Part shown: positions 9,252 through 18,380 of the stretch, in pieces | Position numbering within the stretch: position 1 is the first letter of the stretch | How the letters are laid out: each line of letters starts with the position of its first letter | NCBI GenBank assembly: GCA_964346275.1 | Contig: CAYFUR010000003.1 | Location: forward strand, 47,011-111,010 | Direction of reading: 5' to 3' | Length of the DNA: 64,000 nucleotides | From: an uncultured Candidatus Sumerlaeota bacterium | Lineage (GTDB): Bacteria > Sumerlaeota > Sumerlaeia > SLMS01 | Made by a program: the position numbers and the translations under genes | Notes under the pieces: model-generated | The model's input: the letters and a program-made list of their open reading frames with translations, nothing else | Told to the model about the DNA's origin: nothing | Database searches by the model: none

Positions 9252-10423
9252 AACGCGCCGCCTTCGTGCTTTTTTCCGAGCCGTTCCTTTTTCCGCCAAC
9301 GCTCCATGCCGCCGAAATCCTTGCTGCCGACGGATGGAAGGTCGACATCCTTGGCATGCGCATCCCGCGGGTCCGGCGCTGGCAATTGGGCGATAACATC
9401 ACTATCCACGACTTCGGCGAGTTAAGAAAAGGCCTCTCACTGCGACTCCAGTATCTCCGGTTTATTCTCTGGGTGAGGAGAATGGCGGAAAAGGCTCGCT
9501 TTCGAGCTGTTTTCGGCTACGACATGATGGCGGGCCTGCCAGCGGCGATTGCCGCGCGCGCTTGCGGTGCGCTCCTTGTCTATCATAATCACGATCTCAT
9601 GATGCCCCAGGAAACCCGGTGGCTCTTCTATCGTTTGGTGAAACGAGGGGAAGAGGCCGCCGCGAGGGCTGCCGGCATGGTCGTTTTCCCCCAAAAAGAG
9701 CGGGGGCGAATCTTTTCGCGGCAGGCAAAGCTCAAGCGCTCCCCTGCCATTGTCTATAACTGCCCGCTTTTGAGCTGGCCGGAAACGGCGGAACTCCAGG
9801 CGCCGGAAGTCACCGCCTGGAAAGAAACGGTCGGAAATATCATCCTCTATCAGGGCGGCCTCTTGGAGCATCGTGGCTTGTTTCGTCTAGTCGATTCCAT
9901 GCGCGATTGGACTTTTGAAGGAGGGCTTCTCATGGTAGGCCTTCCCCTTGAAGAGAACATCGTTGAGAGACTCAAAGAACGCGCCCGGGCGGGCGGCCTT
10001 CTTCATCGGGTCATGATTCTGCCACCGATCGACCATAATAATCTGGCGTCCTTGTCCCGGCTCGCTGATGTCGGCATTGGTGTCCTGCAGAGCGGAAAAG
10101 CAGCCGGTAATGATCCTCGTTACGTGAACTTGCGCCATCTCGGCGGGGCGTCGAATAAGATCTTTGAATACATGGCCGCCGGCCTGCCGGTGGTCTGTGC
10201 CCGCGGCTCCGGTTTCGAGGAAATCATCCGCGAGCCGGAGCATGGCTTTCTCTGCGACGGTGACTCCGCCGAGGATATTGCTCGGGCGATTAACGATGTC
10301 TTTGCGGAACCGCAGCGCTATCATTCCATCTCCCAGGCGAACCAGACCGCTTTCCGCGAGAAATACAACTATGAGGCTCAATTCCGGCCTGTGCTGGATT
10401 TCATTGATTCGGGATCCGTCTAG
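9248..10423 (+). CDS. Family 1 glycosyltransferase
   Basis: Probable TTG start at 9248 overlapping the upstream TGA; the next in-frame ATG (9356) would remove the first Rossmann strand. 'KIFEYMAAGLPVVCARGSGFEEIIREPEHGFLCD' is a GT-B C-terminal motif. Confidence 0.8.
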   Translation: MKRAAFVLFSEPFLFPPTLHAAEILAADGWKVDILGMRIPRVRRWQLGDNITIHDFGELRKGLSLRLQYLRFILWVRRMAEKARFRAVFGYDMMAGLPAAIAARACGALLVYHNHDLMMPQETRWLFYRLVKRGEEAAARAAGMVVFPQKERGRIFSRQAKLKRSPAIVYNCPLLSWPETAELQAPEVTAWKETVGNIILYQGGLLEHRGLFRLVDSMRDWTFEGGLLMVGLPLEENIVERLKERARAGGLLHRVMILPPIDHNNLASLSRLADVGIGVLQSGKAAGNDPRYVNLRHLGGASNKIFEYMAAGLPVVCARGSGFEEIIREPEHGFLCDGDSAEDIARAINDVFAEPQRYHSISQANQTAFREKYNYEAQFRPVLDFIDSGSV

Positions 10424-10429
10424 ACACCG

Positions 10430-11494
10430 ATGAGCAAACGCATCCTCTGCATCGGAGAAAACTGGCTTGGGTCGGACGCGCGCGCGGCCTTTCACGCCTT
10501 TCGGCGCCTTGGCCACTCGGTCCTGATCGTCGACGACTGGAACTATGTCCCAATGACGTGGAGGTCCTTTCCCGCGCGGCTTGCTCGAAAGCTCCTGAAG
10601 CCTTTGTTGGTGAAAGAAATGGCCCGGGACTGCCACCGATTGATTCGACGGTTCCAGCCGGATCTTGTTTTCGTGTTCAAAGGCAACTGGGTGGACCCCT
10701 CGGTCCTGCGCTTTTGCAGGGAACAGGGAATCCCCACGGTCAATTATTATCCCGATGTCAGTTTCCTCGCCCATGGACCGTATATACCAGAATGCCTCCC
10801 TCTTTATAGTCACATCTTCACGACGAAATCTTATGGCATTCAGGACATGCGCCAGAAACTGGCCGTCAAGGAATCCAGCTTCCTTGAACCAGGATACGAC
10901 CCGGAGCTTCATTTTCCCGTGGTTTTGAGTGAACGGGACAAGCTGATATACGAATGCGACCTCACATTTATCGGCACGTGGTCCCCTAAGAAGGAGAAAC
11001 TTCTCGGCGAGGTCCAACGAGCACTTCCCCAGATCAATGCCAGGATATGGGGCTGCCAGTGGGAGAAAGCGGGGAACAGGCGCCTCGACCCCTGGATCAT
11101 GGGAGACGAAGTCACCGGCGATGAATATACGAAGGCGCTTTGCGGAGCATCCATCTGCCTTGGGCTCTTAAGCGAGAGGCGCGAAGGGGCATCTTCAGGT
11201 GATCTCATCACAGCGCGGACCTTTCAGATCCCTGCCTGTGGACGATTGATGCTGCACGAGCGAAATGAAGAAGTTCTGCGATACTTCAATGAAGCGCAAG
11301 AAGCGGCCTTTTTCGAAGGCCCCGATGAACTGGTCAAGAAGATCAGCTATTATCTCGAAGACGATGAAAAGCGCGAAAGCGTGGCGCGCATGGGGCGGGA
11401 ACGATCGCTGGACAGCGGCTACTCGATCGACAAAAAAATGCGCGTCGTCATCGACTGGCTGGAAAAGCGGGAAGGGCGGACGAGCCGCCTATGA
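10430..11494 (+). CDS. CgeB-like glycosyltransferase (Glyco_trans_1_2/DUF3880-type)
   Basis: ATG at 10430. N-terminal 'RILCIGENW...', the central region and 'ARTFQIPACGRLMLHERNEEVLRYF' match the CgeB-family pattern as I recall it. Confidence 0.6.
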   Translation: MSKRILCIGENWLGSDARAAFHAFRRLGHSVLIVDDWNYVPMTWRSFPARLARKLLKPLLVKEMARDCHRLIRRFQPDLVFVFKGNWVDPSVLRFCREQGIPTVNYYPDVSFLAHGPYIPECLPLYSHIFTTKSYGIQDMRQKLAVKESSFLEPGYDPELHFPVVLSERDKLIYECDLTFIGTWSPKKEKLLGEVQRALPQINARIWGCQWEKAGNRRLDPWIMGDEVTGDEYTKALCGASICLGLLSERREGASSGDLITARTFQIPACGRLMLHERNEEVLRYFNEAQEAAFFEGPDELVKKISYYLEDDEKRESVARMGRERSLDSGYSIDKKMRVVIDWLEKREGRTSRL

Positions 11495-12654
11495 CGCCTC
11501 GGGCCGCGATCCTTGTGACGCATCCAATCCAATACTTCACGCCCTGGTTTCGTGAACTGGAGGCTCGGAAGGAAGTCGACTTCGAAGTGCTCTATTGCTT
11601 CCAGCCAGACGCAAAACAGCAGGGAACAGGCTATGGAAAAGCGTTTGAATGGGATCGGCCGCTTCTCGAAGGGTATCGACACCGTTTTCTGGAAAATGCC
11701 TCCAAGACGCCGGGGTTTCACTTCAATGGCTGCGACACGCCGCAAGTCAAAAACCTGATTTCTTCGAAAGCGTATGACGCGTGGATTATATGCGGGTGGA
11801 ACACCAGAAGTTACTGGCAGGCGATTCGAGCCTGCCATCGGCATGGCGTTCCGATGGCCATTCGCGGGGACTCCCATTTGCTTGGGAGACGGCCCATTTC
11901 CCTCCGCATCTTAAAGCGGTTTCTCCACGGCCGCTGGATTCCCCGGTTCTCGGCCTACCTGACTGTTGGCAAGCTCAATGAGGATTATTATCGCCACTAT
12001 GGCGCCGACGAGAACCGTTTCTTTCCTGTCAGGCATTTTGTGGATAATGAATGGTTCGCCGCGCAATCGGAGGCGGCTCGTACGAATCGAGAGAAACTTC
12101 GAAGGCATTGGGACATCCCGTCCAACGCGGTGGTTTTTGTTTTTTGTGGCAAGCTGGTCGAGACGAAGCGCCCAAAGGACATACTTCTGGCCTTGGAACA
12201 ACTTGACCGCGAAGACACCCATGCTCTTTTCGTCGGCGATGGCCCCTACCGGCAAGAATGTGCAGAATTCGCCGCCTCCCGCAACCTGCCCGTGACCTTT
12301 GCCGGATTTCTGAACCAGGGGGAATTGCCGGAAGCATACGCTGCAAGCGATGTGCTTCTGTTGCCGTCCCGGGAGACCTGGGGCCTGGTTGTCAACGAGG
12401 CAATGGCGTCGGGCCTGCCAGCGATCGTCTCGGACCAGACGGGATGTGCGCCAGACCTCGTTCTTCCCGAAAAAACAGGCCGGGTCATTCCCCACGGGGA
12501 GATAAATGTCCTCGCATCGGCAATGAATACTTATAGACAGAAGCCGTCTCTCGCCAAGGAACAGGGTGAAGCCGCCAGGGAACTGGTCCATCGCCGCTTT
12601 AACCCCTCCGGTGCGGCGGACCGCACCGTGGAAGCGATCCAGGCAATCCTGTGA
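11491..12654 (+). CDS. Family 1 glycosyltransferase
   Basis: ATGA overlap. 'ETWGLVVNEAMASGLPAIVSDQTGCAPDLV'. Confidence 0.85.
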   Translation: MTPRAAILVTHPIQYFTPWFRELEARKEVDFEVLYCFQPDAKQQGTGYGKAFEWDRPLLEGYRHRFLENASKTPGFHFNGCDTPQVKNLISSKAYDAWIICGWNTRSYWQAIRACHRHGVPMAIRGDSHLLGRRPISLRILKRFLHGRWIPRFSAYLTVGKLNEDYYRHYGADENRFFPVRHFVDNEWFAAQSEAARTNREKLRRHWDIPSNAVVFVFCGKLVETKRPKDILLALEQLDREDTHALFVGDGPYRQECAEFAASRNLPVTFAGFLNQGELPEAYAASDVLLLPSRETWGLVVNEAMASGLPAIVSDQTGCAPDLVLPEKTGRVIPHGEINVLASAMNTYRQKPSLAKEQGEAARELVHRRFNPSGAADRTVEAIQAIL

Positions 12655-14138
12655 GCCGCCCGAATATTTACAATTGTATCCTGCGATCCCTTGGAATCGC
12701 CCTGATTCTCACCGGGACGCAGGCCTGGGTTCTTGGCATGCTTTCCGCCGGGGCCATGGCCGCGTGTTTCTGTCTCTACTTTTCGCTCATTCTCATCGCC
12801 CAGCTTGGCGACAAAACGGTCGTCCTGCCTCTCTTTATCATTCCGGTCTGGTGGATGCATTACGTCCCCGCCCCACAGCTCGCCAAGCGCGGCCTTGTCG
12901 ATTACTGGTTCTGCCGTCTATACCTCCAGGACCTGAACTGGCAAACAAACTACGAACTCACCTGCTGGGCTCTTGTGCCGCTCACCATCGGCCTTGTCCT
13001 GCCGCTTGTGGTGCCCGGCTTTCTGACAGCCCGGCAGCTTTCCTCGTCGTGGGCGGACTGGAGAAAACGCCTCACCCTGTCGCCCTATTTCGAGAATTTC
13101 TGCCTGGTTTGGCTGGTGGTGTGCATTCTTGCCGATGCCCTCCGTCTTTACAGTTATGCCGGCCCGCTGCGCCAGCCCGTCAGCCTTGTCATCGAAACGC
13201 GCCTTATCGCCATGGGCACGCTTTTGCTCCTCGGACGGCCGAAAGCGGCGATCGCGGGAGGGCTTCTCGGCTTTGGTTACGAGTTGGTTCTCGCCTCCAC
13301 CTCGGGGCTCTTTGCGGGGCTCTTCGACCGCGTTTTGCCCGTGCTCTTTCTCCTCATGTTCCGCTGGCGCTGGAGATGGCTTGCCATGCTTGCGGTGATC
13401 GGGTTTTTCGCCGCCCTCTATGTGAACGAAGTCGAAAAACAAACCGTCTATCGCGTCAAGCTCCGCCAGGGCGAATTGTCCGGTCCGATAGACTCCGTCT
13501 TTTTTCTCGGGGACCTTTGGCTCGATCTCGTGATGAGCCCCAAGGAATTGTTCAGCATGGAGACGAGGAGCAATTTCTTCGCGCGGATGGACAACCAGTT
13601 CTATATACAGAATGCGCTCATGTCGCGTATTCCAAGCGAAGTCCCCCATTATTCGGGCAAGCGCGTTTTCGGAGTTGTTGAGAACTTTTTGCCACGCATC
13701 ATCCACCCGAATAAACCGGACCTGCTCGACCGAAAGGAGTTCACCTATCTCACCGGACATCCGCTGCAGGAAGGCACGTCCATGGGATATGGCCCGTCCG
13801 GCGAATTCTATATCGATTATGGCCTCTGGGGTCTCTACATCGGGATGCTCTTCTACGGGCTGGCTTTCGGCCTGGCGTGGCGGCTGTTCCACCATCTCGG
13901 TGATGAAAACCCCGCCTGGTGGCCGTGGTTTTGTTATTTGTTCGGCATGTGGATCACTCAGATCGGAGCGATGATGATCATGATTACCGGCCGCACGATC
14001 AAAGGCGCGATCATCCTTATTGTTCTTGTCTGGGCCGTTCCCCAGATTCGCGACATGCTTGCGCTTCCTTCCCGCCGGAAAGAACGCCGGTCGCCGCCAA
14101 AGCCTGTTGCGCGCCGCCAACCGCTTCCCGACGCATGA
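12651..14138 (+). CDS. Polytopic membrane protein, putative Wzy-like repeat-unit polymerase
   Basis: GTG start overlaps the upstream TGA. About 10 TM helices with one large (~130 aa) soluble loop, as expected for Wzy-type polymerases. No diagnostic motif could be confirmed by eye. Confidence 0.4.
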   Translation: MSRPNIYNCILRSLGIALILTGTQAWVLGMLSAGAMAACFCLYFSLILIAQLGDKTVVLPLFIIPVWWMHYVPAPQLAKRGLVDYWFCRLYLQDLNWQTNYELTCWALVPLTIGLVLPLVVPGFLTARQLSSSWADWRKRLTLSPYFENFCLVWLVVCILADALRLYSYAGPLRQPVSLVIETRLIAMGTLLLLGRPKAAIAGGLLGFGYELVLASTSGLFAGLFDRVLPVLFLLMFRWRWRWLAMLAVIGFFAALYVNEVEKQTVYRVKLRQGELSGPIDSVFFLGDLWLDLVMSPKELFSMETRSNFFARMDNQFYIQNALMSRIPSEVPHYSGKRVFGVVENFLPRIIHPNKPDLLDRKEFTYLTGHPLQEGTSMGYGPSGEFYIDYGLWGLYIGMLFYGLAFGLAWRLFHHLGDENPAWWPWFCYLFGMWITQIGAMMIMITGRTIKGAIILIVLVWAVPQIRDMLALPSRRKERRSPPKPVARRQPLPDA

Positions 14139-15562
14139 GACCCGCATCCTTCTTTGCCCGCATTCCCCCAGAAGTATTTCTCGCTCTGGGACTGGCATTC
14201 ATTTTTTTGGCTTTCATGCCGCCCGCGATTTTCTCTGCAGACGGGAATTCCATGCTCGCCGTCACGGAATCAATTATCAATGATGGCGACTTCACAGTGC
14301 CTCCGGAATCCGGCGTTCCCGGCACCGGCGGGCACTTTTACTCTCAGTGGTATCCCCTTTTATCTATTCTGGCGGCGCCTTTCGTGCTCATCGGACAAGG
14401 GTTTGCTCTCTTTGCCGGGGTTGATACTCATCATGGAGCGGTCATGGGAGGGCTTGCGCTGAACGCCCTTCTCTCTTCCGCCGCGGCGGCCCTTGTTGTG
14501 TTCTTATCAAAGCGGCTGGGAGGGCCACCGCGACTCGCCTATACGGCTGGCATCGCCTATGGCCTGGGGACTTTCGCGCTTGTCTATGCTCAAAAATTCT
14601 TTGCAGAGCCCCTTCTGGCTCTGTGCGGGCTGGGGGCGTTTCTCGGAGCGTTTCAGCGGAGCCGCGGAGGAATTTGGCTCTGTTTGGCTTGTTGCGCCCT
14701 CGCCGTCCTCGCCAAACCGACGGGGGTTCTCTTTTCCCCCCTTCTTGCAGCTTATCTTTTCTTAAACCGCCGCTCTCTGATCGACACCATATATCCACTG
14801 GTGGGGATGCTGGCGGGCCTTGTTGTCTCTATGGTTTACAACCAAATCCGGTTTGGCAGCTCCCTCGATTTCGGCAACCGGCCGGGATTCGGGCTCTCGG
14901 CCTTTTTCGAGGCTTTTCCCGGCCTGCTTCTCAGCCCCGGCTACGGCTTGATCTGGTATTCACCGGTTATCCTCTGCCTCTTGTTCCTGCCCAAGGCGGC
15001 CTTGCGAAAAGCAGAGGTTCTCGCAATCCTCAGCCTTTTCGTAACGCTGTGGGTATTCTATGCCTGCAGACCTGTCGACTGGTTCGGCGGATGGTCCTGG
15101 GGGCCACGCTTTCTGCTCCCGGCCCTGGCGCTCCTCGTCCCGGTCGCGCCCCTGATGCGCAAACGATATGCAGCCTTGCTGCCTCTCCTCGCGGCCATCG
15201 GACTGGTGTTGCACCTTCCCACTCTCTTCACGTATTACGAGCGCGTCTATATGCTATCGGGCGATGGAAGCCCATCGGGCGAGGAACTCGCCTGGAGCTT
15301 TCGCAGTGCCCCCTTCCTCGCGATCTGGCCGGAAACGGCCGAGCTTCTGTTTGATGAACGAAAAGTCGATCCGTCAGACTACTTCAACACAGAGGACACG
15401 AGACCGGAAGGTTTACTGACGGAGACGATCGCGGCCTGGTGGTATTTCCTGCCAGGGCTGGGAGTCCCGCGCCTGATCAGTGCTGCCGTCCCATTGTTTC
15501 TATCCGCGCTGGGGGGGCTTTCTATTCTTTGGGGATTCCGATTGCTTCCGCGCGACACATGA
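14135..15562 (+). CDS. Polytopic membrane protein, putative GT-C-fold glycosyltransferase
   Basis: ATG at 14135 overlaps the stop of the previous gene (ATGA). The first-loop acidic motif 'SADGNSMLAVTESIINDGDF' is followed by many TM helices, consistent with lipid-linked-sugar-dependent GT-C enzymes. Confidence 0.4.
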   Translation: MRPASFFARIPPEVFLALGLAFIFLAFMPPAIFSADGNSMLAVTESIINDGDFTVPPESGVPGTGGHFYSQWYPLLSILAAPFVLIGQGFALFAGVDTHHGAVMGGLALNALLSSAAAALVVFLSKRLGGPPRLAYTAGIAYGLGTFALVYAQKFFAEPLLALCGLGAFLGAFQRSRGGIWLCLACCALAVLAKPTGVLFSPLLAAYLFLNRRSLIDTIYPLVGMLAGLVVSMVYNQIRFGSSLDFGNRPGFGLSAFFEAFPGLLLSPGYGLIWYSPVILCLLFLPKAALRKAEVLAILSLFVTLWVFYACRPVDWFGGWSWGPRFLLPALALLVPVAPLMRKRYAALLPLLAAIGLVLHLPTLFTYYERVYMLSGDGSPSGEELAWSFRSAPFLAIWPETAELLFDERKVDPSDYFNTEDTRPEGLLTETIAAWWYFLPGLGVPRLISAAVPLFLSALGGLSILWGFRLLPRDT

Positions 15563-16641
15563 AACCTCTCTGCCTGGCAGCCTATTCTTTTCGCAAAGGG
15601 AATGGCGGTATCGCCCAGGTTTCCAGAATGATTGCCCGCGTTCTGACGGAAGAGGCGGAGGCTCTCGGCATCGCTCCCCGGCTGCTTGCTTTCGAGGATG
15701 AATCGCCCCCGGATGGTATTCCCTTTCCGTTTTCCACGGCCAGGGGTTCCGCCCTCCGATATGCTCTCTTGGTCCGCCGCCACGCGCTTTCCGGCTGTGA
15801 TTTTCTTTACGATTCCTGCAATATGGCCCAGGTTCATCCCCGCCTGCCCGGCCTCAATCGCCGCAATCTGATCATGATCAATGGAATCGAAGTCTGGGAA
15901 GATGCCAAGGACCGCTGGTTGCGGGCGGCCCGGAATGCAACAATGCTTGTGTCTATATCAGAACACACAAGAGAAAAGGCGGAAAAACTCCATGGCGGCT
16001 TTTCACGCGCACGGGTGTGCTGGCTTGGAACCGATACGGACCAGGAGCCGGAAGTGACTTCTTCCCGGCCGGCGTCGGACGCGCCGCCCCGCGCCCTGAT
16101 CGTCGGACGCATGGAATCCCATGAGGCCTACAAGGGCCATCGCGAGTTGATCGATGCCTGGCCCGCCGTTCTACCCGAAGTGCCAGATGCCCAGCTTCAT
16201 ATCGCCGGAAAAGGATCCGGTGTTGAGGAACTGAAGACGATCGCCGAGAATTCCGGAGCCGAGCGCTCTATCGTTTTCCACGGCTATGTCTCATTCGATG
16301 ATCTGGAGAAACTCTATCTGGATTGCCGCCTCTACGCCATGCCCAGCCGCGGAGAAGGGTTCGGCCTTGTGTATATCGACGCCATGCGCTTTCGCCGCCC
16401 CGTGATCGCTTCCAATCGCGATGCCGGACAAGAAGTGGTCGCTCATGGCGAGACCGGCTACGTCGTCGATCCAGAAGACATCGAGGGTCTGGTCGAGAGC
16501 GTCGTCCGCTTGATGAAGGATCCGGAGCTGGCAAGCCGCCTCGGCGACAAGGGCTTTCAACGCTGGAAAGAGCATTTCACGTATAGCGCTTTCAAGCGGC
16601 GCTTTCTGCCTCTCCTGGAACATTTTGTGACGGCCTGGTAG
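15559..16641 (+). CDS. Family 1 glycosyltransferase
   Basis: ATG at 15559 overlaps the upstream TGA. 'GEGFGLVYIDAMRFRRPVIASNRDAGQEVVAHGETGYVV'. Confidence 0.85.
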   Translation: MKPLCLAAYSFRKGNGGIAQVSRMIARVLTEEAEALGIAPRLLAFEDESPPDGIPFPFSTARGSALRYALLVRRHALSGCDFLYDSCNMAQVHPRLPGLNRRNLIMINGIEVWEDAKDRWLRAARNATMLVSISEHTREKAEKLHGGFSRARVCWLGTDTDQEPEVTSSRPASDAPPRALIVGRMESHEAYKGHRELIDAWPAVLPEVPDAQLHIAGKGSGVEELKTIAENSGAERSIVFHGYVSFDDLEKLYLDCRLYAMPSRGEGFGLVYIDAMRFRRPVIASNRDAGQEVVAHGETGYVVDPEDIEGLVESVVRLMKDPELASRLGDKGFQRWKEHFTYSAFKRRFLPLLEHFVTAW

Positions 16642-16642
16642 C

Positions 16643-17809
16643 TTGCACATCGCTCATTTTATTCCCTACTCCGGCAGTGCCCAGGGAGGCCCCGTAGTGG
16701 CTCTGGCCGGCATGACCGCCGCACTGCACAAACGCGGCCACGGCGTTTCCCTTTTCAGCGTCTCCCGCACTCAGGACGGCCCGCAAATGGCATTCAATGG
16801 TGCCGTGGATCTGCAAACGGCGACCACGTCGCGGCTTGGATCTTTTCGGTGGTCACCGGAACTTCATGGAAAAGCCCGATCGGCCAGGCCGGATATTGTC
16901 CATTCCCATTGCCTCTTTACGGACGTAAACAGATTGGCCGGGAAAACGGCCCGGCGTGTTGGCGTGCCGCATCTCATCGCCCCCTGCGGACACCTTCAAC
17001 CCGACGCTCTCAAACGCTCCGCATGGAAGAAACACCTCGCCATGGCAGCCTTCCAGCGCCGATTTCTCAGGCGGGCGGACTGCCTTCACGTAAAGTCCGA
17101 GCAGGAGCTTGCAGGCGTGCGGAGCGCCGGATTCAAGGGGCCAGCGGCGCTCATCCCAAATCCTGTCGTGCCCCTCGGCCAGGATTGTCTCGACACGGAA
17201 TCTTTTCGAAAACGGCTCGGCCTCAAAAGCGAAGAGAAAATCATCCTGTTTCTGGGAAGAATTCATCCCGTCAAGGGGCTGGACCCCCTGGTTGAGGCAT
17301 GGAGCCGCTTAGCCAATCAATACGGAACCTGGAGGCTGGTGATTGCCGGGCCGGACGAGGGAGGGTTCCAGAGTGAGATCCTTTCGAAAGCGAAGGAAAA
17401 GGGATGCGCCCATTCCATTTGTTTCCCGGGACCGCTGGACGAGAAGACCAAGTGGAGCGCTTACGCTGCATCCGACCTTTTCGTCATGCCCAGCGATTTC
17501 GAAAATTTCGGGCTTTCCATCGCCGAGGCTCTATCGGCGGGACTCCCTGTGATCGCGTCGGATGGGACTCCCTGGAAAGACCTGCCCACCGCAGGCGCGG
17601 GTTGGTATATACCACGAACCGTCGAAGCCCTCGTGGAGGCCCTGGAGGATGCGATGGGCCTCCCGGATGAAAAAATTGGGGACATGAAAGGCCGTGCTCG
17701 CCACCTGGCCGAAGCGTATAGCCCTCAGGAAATTGCCTTCCGGCTCGAAGCTGTCTACTCGTGGCTTCTGGGCCAGGGCCCGAGACCCGAATGTGTTACT
17801 GGTTCTTGA
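16643..17809 (+). CDS. Family 1 glycosyltransferase
   Basis: TTG start 1 nt after the upstream TAG; no nearby ATG. 'FENFGLSIAEALSAGLPVIASDGTPWKDL'. Confidence 0.8.
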   Translation: MHIAHFIPYSGSAQGGPVVALAGMTAALHKRGHGVSLFSVSRTQDGPQMAFNGAVDLQTATTSRLGSFRWSPELHGKARSARPDIVHSHCLFTDVNRLAGKTARRVGVPHLIAPCGHLQPDALKRSAWKKHLAMAAFQRRFLRRADCLHVKSEQELAGVRSAGFKGPAALIPNPVVPLGQDCLDTESFRKRLGLKSEEKIILFLGRIHPVKGLDPLVEAWSRLANQYGTWRLVIAGPDEGGFQSEILSKAKEKGCAHSICFPGPLDEKTKWSAYAASDLFVMPSDFENFGLSIAEALSAGLPVIASDGTPWKDLPTAGAGWYIPRTVEALVEALEDAMGLPDEKIGDMKGRARHLAEAYSPQEIAFRLEAVYSWLLGQGPRPECVTGS

Positions 17810-17813
17810 TCCA

Positions 17814-18380
17814 ATGAAAAACGAGCAACCCCTCATACGGACGAATCAAGCATCCACGCTCAGCCTTCGAAACCGCCTGGGTCGGGCATTGTGGCAGATC
17901 GTGTGGGTGCTCTTGTTCCGCCTTTCTCCCGTTCCTTTTCATGGGTGGCGGCGCGGCCTTTTGAGGCTCTTTGGCGCCCGGATCGGAAGACGGGCCAAGG
18001 TCTATCCCTCCGTATCGATCTGGGCGCCATGGAATCTGACAATGAAAGAGGGAGCCGTGCTTGCCCCTCATGTCATCTGTTATTCGGTGGCGAGAATCTC
18101 CATCGGCCGCGAAACCACGGTGTCCCAGTATAGCCACCTCTGCGCAGCCACCCACGATTTCGAAGACCCTGCGTTCCCCCTTGTGAAGAAACCAATTCGT
18201 ATAGAAAATCAGGTCTGGATCGCTGCCGATGTCTTTATCGGGCCGGGCGTCACCATCGGCGAAGGAACGGTGGTGGGCGCGCGTTCCAGCGTCTTTACAA
18301 ACCTCCCGCCATGGGAGATCTGCCTGGGGACGCCTGCCAGGCCAGTCCGCGAACGCAAAATCAAACAACCGAAATCATGA
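17814..18380 (+). CDS. Hexapeptide-repeat acetyltransferase (WcaF/colanic-acid-type)
   Basis: ATG at 17814. Left-handed beta-helix repeats 'VWIAADVFIGPGVTIGEGTVVGARSSV'. Confidence 0.8.
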   Translation: MKNEQPLIRTNQASTLSLRNRLGRALWQIVWVLLFRLSPVPFHGWRRGLLRLFGARIGRRAKVYPSVSIWAPWNLTMKEGAVLAPHVICYSVARISIGRETTVSQYSHLCAATHDFEDPAFPLVKKPIRIENQVWIAADVFIGPGVTIGEGTVVGARSSVFTNLPPWEICLGTPARPVRERKIKQPKS

